64,000 bases of DNA from the sequence record SRR9188677_103; one strand, 5' to 3'. Each line of letters opens with the position of its first letter. The first letter of the stretch is position 1. The translations under genes and the position numbers were made by a program. Shown here piece by piece: positions 12,655 to 22,923 of the stretch. The notes beneath the pieces were generated by a model, which ran no database searches, was not told the DNA's origin, and saw nothing but the letters and a program-made list of their open reading frames with translations.

Positions 12655-13575
12655 ATGGCTAAAAAAGTAGCTGTCATTCTTGTTAACTGGAACAGTTTTT
12701 CATTAACCTCCGATTGCATCGAATCGCTTAGCGCCATGAGCTTTGCTGATTATGATGTGATAGTAGTTGATAACGGATCGGCCGATGAGTCGGGCTCTTT
12801 GTTAAAAGAAAAGTTCAGAAACATCATTCTCATTCAGTCTGATACGAACCTGGGGTATACGGGCGGCAACAATCTGGGGATGCAACATGCACTTGCACAT
12901 AACTACGAATACCAGCTATTGCTAAACAATGACACTTTCGTAGAACCCGATTTTTTAGAAGTACTCGTTAACTATATGGACGAACATCCGGAAACAGGTG
13001 TCATTCAGCCATTGATCTTCTTTAATCACAATAGATCACTTGTTTGGAACGGAGGCTCCTACTACCAGCAATGGCTGGGTTATGCATACACCCAGAATTA
13101 TAACCAAACGAAACTGCAAAGTAGCAGCCAGATAAAAGAAGTTGGGTGGATAACAGGCTGTGCGTTTTTAACCAGAAGCGCTATTTTATCAGAAACCGGA
13201 CTTTTAGCCAACAACCTGTTTATTTATTACGAAGACGTAGACCTTTCATTCCGGATAAAAAAAACGGGTGCAAAACTGGTTTTTCATCCCGGATCTGTGA
13301 TTTACCATATCGCAGGAATGTCGAACCGGAATAAAACAAAAGGGAAGGAGGGTTTTGTAAACCCCATTGTTCACTACCTGAATGTTAGAAATAAGATATG
13401 GTTTTTAAAAAAATATACTTCCTGGTGGCAACTCCCTACGGTAATATTTTTTAATTTTTTTTATTTGCTGGCACTTATGTCTTATTTCCTGCTACGTTTT
13501 CGTTTTCAAAAACTAAAAACAGTTCTGAAAGCACTTAAAGACGGTTTCACCGGAAAAATTATCAGCACCAATTGA
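12655..13575 (+). CDS. Glycosyltransferase family 2 (WbbL/rhamnosyltransferase-like)
   Basis: VILVNWN, VVDNGSAD, NLGYTGGNN, LLLNND, YYEDVDL. Confidence 0.9.
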   Translation: MAKKVAVILVNWNSFSLTSDCIESLSAMSFADYDVIVVDNGSADESGSLLKEKFRNIILIQSDTNLGYTGGNNLGMQHALAHNYEYQLLLNNDTFVEPDFLEVLVNYMDEHPETGVIQPLIFFNHNRSLVWNGGSYYQQWLGYAYTQNYNQTKLQSSSQIKEVGWITGCAFLTRSAILSETGLLANNLFIYYEDVDLSFRIKKTGAKLVFHPGSVIYHIAGMSNRNKTKGKEGFVNPIVHYLNVRNKIWFLKKYTSWWQLPTVIFFNFFYLLALMSYFLLRFRFQKLKTVLKALKDGFTGKIISTN

Positions 13576-13603
13576 TTAGCTAAAACCTAGCATCATGTGC
13601 GAT

Positions 13604-13664
13604 AAAAAAATCACCCTAATAATCGGGATTTCTTGTCGCTCAAGGTCCCACTATCGACGGGAGC
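13604..13664 (+). repeat. Copy 1 of a diverged ~60-bp intergenic repeat
   Basis: Aligns to 17286-17345 with 11 mismatches and 1 gap over 61 nt (manual count). Confidence 0.8.
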
Positions 13665-13991
13665 CCCGTCCCTGTTCCCGGGCTGCTTTTTCGTCTGTCA
13701 AAATTTACTACACATCATTTTGACAGCCATTGCCTATGCATGGCGCCGAACAAAAAAGGCCATCCGCCCAAGGCCGACTGATTAGATGCTTTTCATCGAT
13801 CTGCCCGAATCGGTGGTTTTTACTTTTTAAACGCAGCACAAATTTCTAACTATAGAACAGGTTAGAAACAAATCTGCCCTTTCTGCTAAAACCGGTGGCC
13901 GCTTTTGCGCATTGGGCCATGGGTTTTCTTACCTTCGTTTGAATTTTGATCCTGTTTTACACATAGGGTTTCATGTAATCTAATTTTGAAA

Positions 13992-14663
13992 ATGACTTTT
14001 CTAAACGCATTATTTAATCATTCCCGGCAGGATTCATTTGTAAACAAGCTGAGAAAAAAGCGTTTTGCGTCATTGCAGAAAGATATCGAGTCGCTTATTC
14101 ATCAGAAAGGCACCTGCAAAATCCTCGACATAGGTGGTGATATTTCTTACTGGAAACACATAGGTTGGCAAAACCAGTATTGTCATGTCTATCTGCTGAA
14201 CCTCTATGAAAACAAAGTAGGCGAAACAGATTCAGCTAATTTTCATTCAGTGATCGGAGATGCATTGCAGATGCCTTTTAAGAAAGGGGATTTTGATCTG
14301 GTTTTCTCAAATTCAGTTATTGAACATGTAGGCAGTACAGAAAACCAGCAGTTATTTGCATTGGAAGTGATGCGGCTTTGCGATAAGTATATCATTCAAA
14401 CGCCCTCATTATGGTTTCCGCTCGAGCCGCATAGTCTGATTCCTTTTTTCCAGTTTATTCCCCATAAAATAAGGGCCTTGCTCATAATGACTTTTCACAT
14501 CAATTACTTTCCGAAAGCTGCTACATACAAGGATGCCGTTACGGTATCTAAAAGTACCATCATGCTAACCAAAAAAAGCTTCCAAAAATTATTTCCGGAA
14601 GCAGAAATTCAGGTTGAAAGATTATTCGGGATTCCTAAATCTTACACAGCAGTGAGACTCTGA
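13992..14663 (+). CDS. Class I SAM-dependent methyltransferase
   Basis: ILDIGGD, GDALQMPF...FDLVFSNSVIEHVG, IQTPSLWFPLEPH; ATG 13992 (TTG 13986 alternative). Confidence 0.85.
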   Translation: MTFLNALFNHSRQDSFVNKLRKKRFASLQKDIESLIHQKGTCKILDIGGDISYWKHIGWQNQYCHVYLLNLYENKVGETDSANFHSVIGDALQMPFKKGDFDLVFSNSVIEHVGSTENQQLFALEVMRLCDKYIIQTPSLWFPLEPHSLIPFFQFIPHKIRALLIMTFHINYFPKAATYKDAVTVSKSTIMLTKKSFQKLFPEAEIQVERLFGIPKSYTAVRL

Positions 14664-14799
14664 TAGTCAGCAAGACACTTGTGACCCGTTTCAGTAATCT
14701 TACCAAGTAGCTCAGTAGGTACTTACCAGCCAATTGCCAAAAACCGTCATGCCTCCCGCAACAGGGATGCATTTTTACCGGGAAAGCGCATGAAAAATA

Positions 14800-14807
14800 T
14801 ATATTTG
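14800..14807 (+). promoter_or_regulatory. -7 promoter element (TATATTTG)
   Basis: TAnnTTTG match in the intergenic region upstream of 14890. Confidence 0.45.
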
Positions 14808-14889
14808 CAAGAACTGTGGCCAGAAGGGGCTTTCTTTTCACAGATCAGTCTGGAGAAACGATCCAGTTCAATTTCAGAATAAACCCTAT

Positions 14890-16248
14890 ATGCTGTTTAT
14901 TTTCCCGATTATATACTTTCTTTCATTTTTACTGACGCTGGTAAATCTTATCAGAAAAAAAATAGAAAATTTCCTCATTTTTTTTGCATTCGGTCTCCCA
15001 ATCTATACCACATCCCTATCTCTTACATATTTATATGGATGGGGGTTTCTGATTCCACTAATGCAGTCTTTCAAAGAAATTTCAGTGCTTGCTGGGCTTA
15101 TTTATGTACTATACCATTGGAAGCGAAAAATACAATTGCACCTGATTGACAAATTAGTACTGATTTTCTTTGTCTATACATTGCTGTATGTTTTTCTACC
15201 AATTGGTCAATACGGTTTTTTTCAAAAACTCATCGCCTTCAAAAGCCTTTCTTTCTTTATCCTTGTGTATGGTTTAGGTCGTTTTTTTGACCTGCGAAAG
15301 ATTTTAGTATACAGGTTTTTTCTCTATATCTTTTTGGTATCAGTAGCAGCTTCAATTTTATTGCTTGTAGAAGTTTATTATTATACCCATTTCCAGACTA
15401 TGACCGGGTATGCAGATTACAATTATTATTTTTTCGACCAGGTGGCCAGTGGCAATTACGGGCTATCCTGGACCTTTGAAATTGAAAACGGCGCCAAACG
15501 TTTTGCCAGTTTTTTTTCCAACCCTTTGGAATATTCTGCCACCAGTGTTATGACCATGTGTTTACTCTCAGCTTTGTATACAAAAAACGATCACAAAATA
15601 AAAATAGACAACACAGGCATTATCATATTTACCAGTACCCTGATTGCCATTTTCTTTTCACTTTCCAGAGCATCATTCGCAAGCTACTTTCTCATTATTT
15701 ACACGTATGCACTATTAACGGGAAAGAAAATGATTACCCGTTTTGTGTACTATACCTTGTTTGCCGCTGCCGCGTATGTTCTGTTTCTGGCCAGTAAGGA
15801 TTTTCAGGAATTTATTGTAAACACCATCACATTTAACAATGGTTCCAGTCTCGGGCATATTATCGAATGGCTTGCCGGAATCAATTCAATGATAGCTCAC
15901 CCTTTGGGTATCGGACTTGGCGAGTCTGGAAGAATTGCTGCTTTTTTAGGAGATAATACCGGTGGAGAAAATCAATTTATCATCATTGGCGTGCAGGCAG
16001 GTGTTATCGCTTTCGCCATTTACATAGTCATTTATGTATGGCTGATTAAAATTGCATTCCAGTGGTTCTACAAATTAAAAGGGAAAGAAAAAAAGATATG
16101 CCTTGCTATCCTCCTAATGAAAGTCGGATTTATCATTCCGGCCATGACGGCCAACTTTGAATCGTATATCTATATCAGTTATGTTAGCTGGTTTCTGACA
16201 GGCCTGTTAATTAATATCATTTCTTCCAAACAGGCAATAGAAAGTTAA
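14890..16248 (+). CDS. O-antigen ligase/polymerase family membrane protein
   Basis: 452 aa multi-TM; RFASFFSNP, SLSRAS, HPLGIGLG, ENQF..IGVQAG motifs of Wzy_C. Confidence 0.75.
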   Translation: MLFIFPIIYFLSFLLTLVNLIRKKIENFLIFFAFGLPIYTTSLSLTYLYGWGFLIPLMQSFKEISVLAGLIYVLYHWKRKIQLHLIDKLVLIFFVYTLLYVFLPIGQYGFFQKLIAFKSLSFFILVYGLGRFFDLRKILVYRFFLYIFLVSVAASILLLVEVYYYTHFQTMTGYADYNYYFFDQVASGNYGLSWTFEIENGAKRFASFFSNPLEYSATSVMTMCLLSALYTKNDHKIKIDNTGIIIFTSTLIAIFFSLSRASFASYFLIIYTYALLTGKKMITRFVYYTLFAAAAYVLFLASKDFQEFIVNTITFNNGSSLGHIIEWLAGINSMIAHPLGIGLGESGRIAAFLGDNTGGENQFIIIGVQAGVIAFAIYIVIYVWLIKIAFQWFYKLKGKEKKICLAILLMKVGFIIPAMTANFESYIYISYVSWFLTGLLINIISSKQAIES

Positions 16249-16270
16249 CCAGAGAATCCAGTAACCTTTC

Positions 16271-17245
16271 CTACCGGTTTTGCTGAGAGAGCTTTTCCAT
16301 TTCAGATTGAATCATTTCGGTTACAACCTCTTCAAGGGAATGCGTAGCTTTCCAACCCAGTTCAATAGCCGCTTTGGAAGGATTTGCTCTGCCAACCAGC
16401 AGGTCTGTAGGCCTTAATAAGGCATTATTAGCAATAACATGATCTTGCCAGTTCAGGCCAAGATGGCGGAAAACCAATTCAATAAAATATTTCAGCGTAT
16501 GTGTTGTGCCCGTAGCAATCACATAATCATCGGGCGAGTCCTGTTGCAGCATCCGCCACATTGCATCTACATAATCGGGGGCCCAGCCCCAATCACGCTG
16601 AATATCAATATTACCGAGCTGTAATTTTTCTTTACTGCCACTGGCAATCCTGCAGGCCGTTGATACAATTTTCATCGTCACAAATCTACTGGGGCGTAAG
16701 GGCGATTCATGATTGAATAAGATACCCGTACAGGCAAAAATATGATAGGCTTCCCTGTAATTAGCCACTTTCCAATAAGCTGTGGCTTTTGCAATCGCAT
16801 ACGGACTCCTAGGCTTAAAACTGGTTTGTTCATCCGCAGCTAGATTTCCTGTTTCCCCGAAACATTCACTGGACCCCGAGTTGTACAATTTTATGGGAAG
16901 ATCACTAAAGCGGATTGCTTCAAGCAGATTCAAAGTACCAATACTGATGCTTTCAAAGGTTTCTACAGGTTGTTCAAAAGATAAACCTACAGAACTTTGA
17001 CCGGACAAATTATAGATCTCATCGGGCTTGATTTTCATGATGGTCTGCAGAGTGCTTCTGAAATCACAGATGTTAATGGAAACCAATTGCATTTTCTCTT
17101 TGATCTGTAACTGGCTCAGGTTGGAAAACGAATGGGTAGATGCATCACGTGACCCACCATACACTTCATATCCTTTTGACAACAATAACCGGGAAAGATA
17201 GGCTCCATCCTGACCAGACACCCCGCATATTAAAGCTTTTCGCAT
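16271..17245 (-). CDS. gmd: GDP-mannose 4,6-dehydratase
   Basis: KALICGVSGQDGAYL, PDEIYNLSGQSSV, SSECFG, PRSPYAIAK, GILFNHESPLR..FVT.KI, RDWGWA.DYV; ATG 17245. Confidence 0.92.
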   Translation of the reverse strand: MRKALICGVSGQDGAYLSRLLLSKGYEVYGGSRDASTHSFSNLSQLQIKEKMQLVSINICDFRSTLQTIMKIKPDEIYNLSGQSSVGLSFEQPVETFESISIGTLNLLEAIRFSDLPIKLYNSGSSECFGETGNLAADEQTSFKPRSPYAIAKATAYWKVANYREAYHIFACTGILFNHESPLRPSRFVTMKIVSTACRIASGSKEKLQLGNIDIQRDWGWAPDYVDAMWRMLQQDSPDDYVIATGTTHTLKYFIELVFRHLGLNWQDHVIANNALLRPTDLLVGRANPSKAAIELGWKATHSLEEVVTEMIQSEMEKLSQQNR

Positions 17246-17285
17246 ATTAAAACGATATTTATGTAAGGCTAACCTGTTTGCTATT

Positions 17286-17345
17286 AAAAAAATCACCCTG
17301 ATAGTTGGAATTTCTGGTCGCTTAGGGTACTGCTATCGGCGGAGC
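17286..17345 (+). repeat. Copy 2 of the diverged ~60-bp intergenic repeat
   Basis: aaaaaaatcaccctgatagttggaatttctggtcgcttagggtactgctatcggcggagc; see 13604-13664. Confidence 0.8.
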
Positions 17346-17625
17346 TGATTGGGATTTTTTTACCTAACACCCTCAAGTAGCAGTTTTTTCAACTTATATA
17401 ATTTTGAATTCTCTGTTAGCAATACAGGTTAAAAATAGTAAATCTAATGCATAGCACCTGTACTGATTCAGACAGATTTTTCGCCAGCAGACCATACCAC
17501 CGCAATGTAAAGGTCACCAGCTTTTCCAAACATGCGTATTTTAGTGCCGAATACCTATTTTTGAAACCTGGTGTCCTTCGTGCTATCATCGGACGAGATC
17601 AATCCAATTGTTCATTATCTCCCAT

Positions 17626-18783
17626 ATGACAAAAAAAATTATAATAGGTGTTGACATCAGGGATCTCAGAATTGCCAAAACCGGTGCCCGTACCTATCTT
17701 GAAGAAATAAGCAGGGAATTTAAAAAAGGGGATGCACATTTTGAATTTGTCTTTATAGACAGTAACTTCCCTGTGTACACAGGAAAAAACAAATTCCTCA
17801 AACTGCTGGAGCATATTCGTTTTCAATTATGGAAACAAGTAGTGCTGCCCCTGAAGGCAAAACAGAAAAAATGCCATATCCTTTTCTGTACAGATTATTT
17901 TGTTCCCTATTTCAGGATGGGGCTGATTACTATCCCTGTTTTCCACGACACTTTTTTCTGGGAGTATCCTTCGCATTATAATAAATACTGGTTATACCTG
18001 TTTCATTCGTTGGGTGTAAGGGCTGCCAAAAAATCTTTTTGCATTGTTACTCCTAGTTTTTATGTAAAAAAACAGGTATCCTATTATACTGCCCTGCCAG
18101 ATAGTAAAATAATTCCCGTTTACGAAGCGCCTAAATCTGTTCTTCATTTTGAACAGCACCGGGCTACAGATAATAATGACCTGAATATAACTTTATCGTT
18201 TCCCTATCTATTGCATGTTGGCACATTTGAAAAAAGGAAGAATCTGTCTATCCTGATTGAAGCATTTGAACAGATCCACCAAAAACAGCCAGCGCTGAAA
18301 TTAATACTGATCGGACAGGCAAGTCCCAAGGAATCCATTGATGATTATGCCCATATCACACAAATGATCAAAGAAAAAAACCTGGTTTCCAGTGTTCAAT
18401 TACCCGGATATGTAAGCGATGATCAGCTGCACTATTACTATAAAAATGCGCTCCTGTATGTATTTCCTTCCCGTAATGAAGGATTTGGCATTCCGGTATT
18501 AGAAGCTTTCGCATATGGCCTGCCGGTAATCATTGCCAATAATTCCTGCTTGCCTGAAATCGGGGGTAAAGCTGCGGTAAGTTTTGATGTAGACAGTAAA
18601 GAGATGCTTTGCGAAGTGATTGAGACATTTTATAATAACCCATCTCTGCGGGAATCTTTCGGGATAAAAGGGAAAAAACGCCTGGAGGAGTTTTCCTGGG
18701 AGAAAACTGCCACCGAACTCAAACATATTTTCCGCAAAGCCTTTGATCAGAAGTATTTTTCAGACGAGGCCCCCAGCCAATAA
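17626..18783 (+). CDS. Glycosyltransferase family 4 (mannosyl/rhamnosyltransferase-like)
   Basis: HVGTFEKRKNL, YVFPSRNEGFGIPVLEAF; ATG 17626; TATTTTTG box at 17556-17563. Confidence 0.9.
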   Translation: MTKKIIIGVDIRDLRIAKTGARTYLEEISREFKKGDAHFEFVFIDSNFPVYTGKNKFLKLLEHIRFQLWKQVVLPLKAKQKKCHILFCTDYFVPYFRMGLITIPVFHDTFFWEYPSHYNKYWLYLFHSLGVRAAKKSFCIVTPSFYVKKQVSYYTALPDSKIIPVYEAPKSVLHFEQHRATDNNDLNITLSFPYLLHVGTFEKRKNLSILIEAFEQIHQKQPALKLILIGQASPKESIDDYAHITQMIKEKNLVSSVQLPGYVSDDQLHYYYKNALLYVFPSRNEGFGIPVLEAFAYGLPVIIANNSCLPEIGGKAAVSFDVDSKEMLCEVIETFYNNPSLRESFGIKGKKRLEEFSWEKTATELKHIFRKAFDQKYFSDEAPSQ

Positions 18784-18943
18784 GATTGTATGCTTTTAGA
18801 AAGCTAATTCCCTGTTAATTCGAAAATCTTTATCGCCCACGTATCCCCGCTGTATGGGATGCTACGCATCCTTTTATCTACTGATCCACCTTAGGCGGTC
18901 TGATTAGAAATCTTGCATTCACTAATAGCAAAATAGGTTACAC

Positions 18944-19900
18944 TTATTTTACTTTCCGCATCCAGAAAGATGCAGGTTCTGATTCGGGTGTCACATGCAT
19001 CAGCTTTTGTACACAGGCTGCATAAGCATCATTTTTGAGTTGATTAATCACATACATCACCTCAAAACTATCATTATAATAAAGAAAAGCTTCCAGCAGA
19101 TACTGCTCATTCCAGAAACGAAATTCATCTTTCAGCCATTCTGCTCTGTAATGCCGGGGCGAAAAAATATCGTGTATATGTATGATTACCCCTTTATTCA
19201 ATTCCGGCAATAGTTCCAGGTATTCAAACAATACGTCATTCTCAGGTCGGATGATATGCGAAGAATCAATAAAAAGAATATCTCCTTCCTGCAGTGTTTT
19301 AAAAACAGACATACTTACTTTCTCTACAGTCTCTCTAACCACTTTGATTTCCGCTTTTTTTTCCAGCCATTCCATTTCATATGGCTCAATACAGGTTATT
19401 TCAGTAATATGTCCTTCCGCTGCATTTTTTTTCATTGCATCAATAGCAACCAAGGTAGAATAGCCCGAACCTATTTCAATAATTCTCTTCGGTTTATGAT
19501 TGCGGACCATTAAATAATACATATCACAATCACCAGGACCAAAAGAAGGATTACTGATATAAAAAGTAAAGTCCTTAACATTGCCATCCAGCGGAAAAGC
19601 TGCCAATTCTTCCGTATACTGTAATCCCGCTAATGCCTTTAGTTGTTTGGGCAGGTTAAAATCTATATGAAGTTTTCTGGGCTTTTTGGCATCAAAACCG
19701 GCCGAATAATGCAATTGCGGTTCATAATAATGATCCCGTATAGGAAATACACCCACTTTCAAAAAGATTTTTCGGTTTAAAGGGAAATTTTGAACACCAT
19801 ATTTCCTGATTATTTTCAGAACCGGCAAGAAAATAAAAACAAAAGGAGCTGAAAGCAGATCAAATATCCTGAAAAGAGGTTTTTTAACTGAATTTCTCAT
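18944..19900 (-). CDS. Class I SAM-dependent methyltransferase (Methyltransf_24-like)
   Basis: IIEIGSGYST, CIEPY, DILFIDSSH, IHIHDIF, WNEQYL. Confidence 0.85.
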   Translation of the reverse strand: MRNSVKKPLFRIFDLLSAPFVFIFLPVLKIIRKYGVQNFPLNRKIFLKVGVFPIRDHYYEPQLHYSAGFDAKKPRKLHIDFNLPKQLKALAGLQYTEELAAFPLDGNVKDFTFYISNPSFGPGDCDMYYLMVRNHKPKRIIEIGSGYSTLVAIDAMKKNAAEGHITEITCIEPYEMEWLEKKAEIKVVRETVEKVSMSVFKTLQEGDILFIDSSHIIRPENDVLFEYLELLPELNKGVIIHIHDIFSPRHYRAEWLKDEFRFWNEQYLLEAFLYYNDSFEVMYVINQLKNDAYAACVQKLMHVTPESEPASFWMRKVK

Positions 19901-20676
19901 TGATTGTTAATTCAAAAATAGAATATTTGCAAATATTACAATATTTCTGTGTATTCTGGTTTAGAAGCTTTATTAACCCTTTAACTACGCTTATCAAAGC
20001 ATTTCAATTAATACAGTCCCGATTCAAAGGACAATGGTCCGGCTCCGACAGGCTCATTACCCTTCTCAGACTTGCTATGTATTTTTTCAGGGGATGTTTT
20101 CAACGGTTCTTTTTTTCCAAATCATCCGGCCTCGTATTAATCGGCAAAGGTGTTTCCATCCGTTATGCAAAATACCTGGAAGCAGGAAGAGACCTGATTA
20201 TTGAAGATTATGCAGAAGTGAATTGTCTGGCCACCCAAAAGATACAGATCGGCAACCGGGTCAGTATCGGCAAATTTGCCATTATCCGCCCTTCCAACGG
20301 TTATGGGGGTGAAATAGGTGAAGGATTGAAAATTGGCAATAACTCAAACATAGGCCCCTATTCTTATATCGGTTGCTCAGGTTATATTGAAATAGGTGAC
20401 AATGTCATGATTTCACCCCGCGTCAGCATTTATGCAGAGAATCATGTGTTTGATCGGACTGATATTCCCATGAAAGAACAGGGGGTAAAAAAACAGTTCG
20501 TTAAAATTGAAGACGATTGCTGGATTGCTGCCAACAGCATTATTCTGGCAGGTGTTACCATTGGCAAAGGCTCTGTTGTATCGGCGGGCAGTGTGGTTAC
20601 CAAAGATGTACCTCCTTATAGCATAGTGGCGGGTGTACCAGCCAGGATCATTAAACAGCGTATCACAGGCTTATGA
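19900..20676 (+). CDS. Hexapeptide-repeat O-acyltransferase (true start probably downstream of 19900)
   Basis: IGNNSNIG, IEIGDNVMI, AENHVF, IEDDCWI, GSVVTKDVPPYSIVAGVPAR. Confidence 0.88.
   Translation: MIVNSKIEYLQILQYFCVFWFRSFINPLTTLIKAFQLIQSRFKGQWSGSDRLITLLRLAMYFFRGCFQRFFFSKSSGLVLIGKGVSIRYAKYLEAGRDLIIEDYAEVNCLATQKIQIGNRVSIGKFAIIRPSNGYGGEIGEGLKIGNNSNIGPYSYIGCSGYIEIGDNVMISPRVSIYAENHVFDRTDIPMKEQGVKKQFVKIEDDCWIAANSIILAGVTIGKGSVVSAGSVVTKDVPPYSIVAGVPARIIKQRITGL
19922..19937. promoter_or_regulatory. Perfect 16-bp palindrome AATATTTGCAAATATT between divergent genes
   Basis: Self reverse-complementary; 21 nt upstream of the ATG at 19900 (-). Confidence 0.4.
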
Positions 20677-21803
20677 ACCTACTTATCCTGCATGGTTCTT
20701 CTGATCTCTATGGCGCCAGTAAGATCTTACTGGTAACCGTACAATTCCTCCTGAAAAAAGGGTATCGGCCACTGGTGGTATTAGGCCATCACGGACCACT
20801 TGCCGATAAACTGGTAGAAGCCGGTGCCGAAGTAACTTATCTACGACTAGGTATTCTTCGCAGAAAATACAAAACACCTCTCGGAATCCTGAACCGTTTA
20901 ACTGTACTGCTAAAAGCTTACCGTACAGTTAAACGGTTAATCAGAGAACGGGAGATAGACACCGTATATTCCAATACCACCGCGGTGCTGGCCGGTGCTT
21001 TTGCCGCCAGGGCAATGGGGGTAAAACATATATGGCATCTACATGAAATCATCGAATCGCCTAAATGGCTTTCGCGGTTGCTGGGCATGCTGGTGAACAG
21101 GTACAGCCACATTGTCATTGTGGTATCAGCAGCTGTGAAACAGCACTGGGGGCAATATGTAAAGGCCGAAAAACTGCATCTGGTGCACAATGGCATCGAC
21201 TATTCTCCTTACCAGCAGCCATCCGGCAAGCTGCGCAGAGAACTGGGTGTTACGGAAGATACCGTTGTGATAGGGATGGTAGCACGCGTGCACTACTGGA
21301 AGGGCCAGGCATATTTTTTACAGATTGCTTCTCTATTGCATAAGCAGTTTCCGCATCTTCATTTTGTCATGATCGGGGATGCATTTCCGGGTTACGAATA
21401 CCTGTATGAGCAGCTTTCTGCCATCATTACCCGTGAGAACCTGCACGAGAAAACAACCAATCTGGGCTACCGCACCGATGTGGCCGAATTGCTGCAGGGT
21501 TTTGATATCTTAGTTTTACCTTCCATTCTGCCAGACCCCTTTCCTACTGTGATACTGGAAGCCATGGCTGCAGGCAAACCGGTAGTAGCCACCCAGCAGG
21601 GCGGTGCTTTGGAAATGGTAGAAAATGGGCATACCGGCCTATGGATTCCTGTGAATAATGCCACACTTGCCGCAGCTGCCATGGGACCACTGGTTACTGA
21701 CGAAGCGTTGCGAAAACAAATGGGAGAGAAAGGCAGACAAAAAGTGCTGACCCAATTTTCACTGGAAGCATTTGAAAACAAGCTGATAAACGTATTTGAA
21801 TGA
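20673..21803 (+). CDS. Glycosyltransferase family 4
   Basis: SDLYGASK, WHLHE, HNGID, RVHYWKGQ, PDPFPTVILEAMAAGKPVV. Confidence 0.9.
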   Translation: MNLLILHGSSDLYGASKILLVTVQFLLKKGYRPLVVLGHHGPLADKLVEAGAEVTYLRLGILRRKYKTPLGILNRLTVLLKAYRTVKRLIREREIDTVYSNTTAVLAGAFAARAMGVKHIWHLHEIIESPKWLSRLLGMLVNRYSHIVIVVSAAVKQHWGQYVKAEKLHLVHNGIDYSPYQQPSGKLRRELGVTEDTVVIGMVARVHYWKGQAYFLQIASLLHKQFPHLHFVMIGDAFPGYEYLYEQLSAIITRENLHEKTTNLGYRTDVAELLQGFDILVLPSILPDPFPTVILEAMAAGKPVVATQQGGALEMVENGHTGLWIPVNNATLAAAAMGPLVTDEALRKQMGEKGRQKVLTQFSLEAFENKLINVFE

Positions 21804-22909
21804 CAGTTGCCATTATTGGATCCAGGGGTTACCCTTATGTATATAGCGGTTATGAAACTTTTGTAAAAGAGCTGTCAGAGCGGCTGGTGCAGCGCGGAAT
21901 CCGTGTGAAAGTTTATTGTCATAAAAACCTTTTCACCGAACACCCTGCCATCGTAAACGGGATTGAACTGGTGTATATTCCCACTATCGAAACCAAAAGC
22001 CTGAGCCAGCTGATCCATTCTTTTTTCTCCATGTTCCATGCCTGCACTTTCGGCAAAGCCGATGTGATACTGGCCGTTAATGCTGCCAACGGTCCCTGGG
22101 GACTGATCGCGCGTATTTTTGGCAAACCCACCTGTATTAATGTAGACGGTCTGGAATGGTTACGGCCCAAATGGAAGGGGCTGGGTGCAAAATATTTCCG
22201 TTTTGCTGCCTGGTTGGCCACCAAATGGTACGACCGCATTATCACTGATGCAGAAGAAATGCGCAGGGTATACCAGGAAATGTTTCAAACCGAGTCTACC
22301 GTGATTGCTTATGGTGCCACGCCACGTTATTCTAATGATGTGAAGCTGGTAACTGACTTAGGGTTACAACCGCAGGAATATTACCTGATTGTGGGCCGGC
22401 TGATTCCCGATAACAATGCGGATCTTTTACTGGAGGGCTTTCTGGCGGCCGGGTCGGGTAAAAAACTGGTGATTATCGGCGATGTACCTTATAAGGATGC
22501 GTATGCCGATGCCATCAAATCCAGGGCCGCAGAAAATGTGGTGTTTTTGGGATATATTAAAAATAGTGAGATATTAGCAGAGTTATACCACCATTGTTTT
22601 GCTTATTTGCATGGACATGAGTTTGGGGGCACCAACCCCACCATGCTGAAAGCAATGGCTTATGGCTGTGCTATCCTGGCGCTGAACACCCCCTTTAACC
22701 AGGAAATGCTTGATCAGGGTCGGTTTGGGTTATTTTTCGATAAAAACCCGGCCTCGGTTGCCACCCTCATGCAACAGATGGAAAGTCGTAATGATCTTCC
22801 CTTAGCATTACGGGCCAAATCGCGGGAAGGGTTAACGGATAAATACGATTGGGATCATATAACGGATGCTTATATTGCGCTGCTAAATAATCTGAGAGCC
22901 AGGGGGTAA
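21800..22909 (+). CDS. Glycosyltransferase family 4 with DUF1972-like N-terminus
   Basis: IIGSRGYP..YSGYETF, NVDGLEW.R.KW, VGRLIPDNN, HGHEFGGTNP. Confidence 0.88.
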   Translation: MTVAIIGSRGYPYVYSGYETFVKELSERLVQRGIRVKVYCHKNLFTEHPAIVNGIELVYIPTIETKSLSQLIHSFFSMFHACTFGKADVILAVNAANGPWGLIARIFGKPTCINVDGLEWLRPKWKGLGAKYFRFAAWLATKWYDRIITDAEEMRRVYQEMFQTESTVIAYGATPRYSNDVKLVTDLGLQPQEYYLIVGRLIPDNNADLLLEGFLAAGSGKKLVIIGDVPYKDAYADAIKSRAAENVVFLGYIKNSEILAELYHHCFAYLHGHEFGGTNPTMLKAMAYGCAILALNTPFNQEMLDQGRFGLFFDKNPASVATLMQQMESRNDLPLALRAKSREGLTDKYDWDHITDAYIALLNNLRARG

Positions 22910-22923
22910 GAATTTCTGTCATT

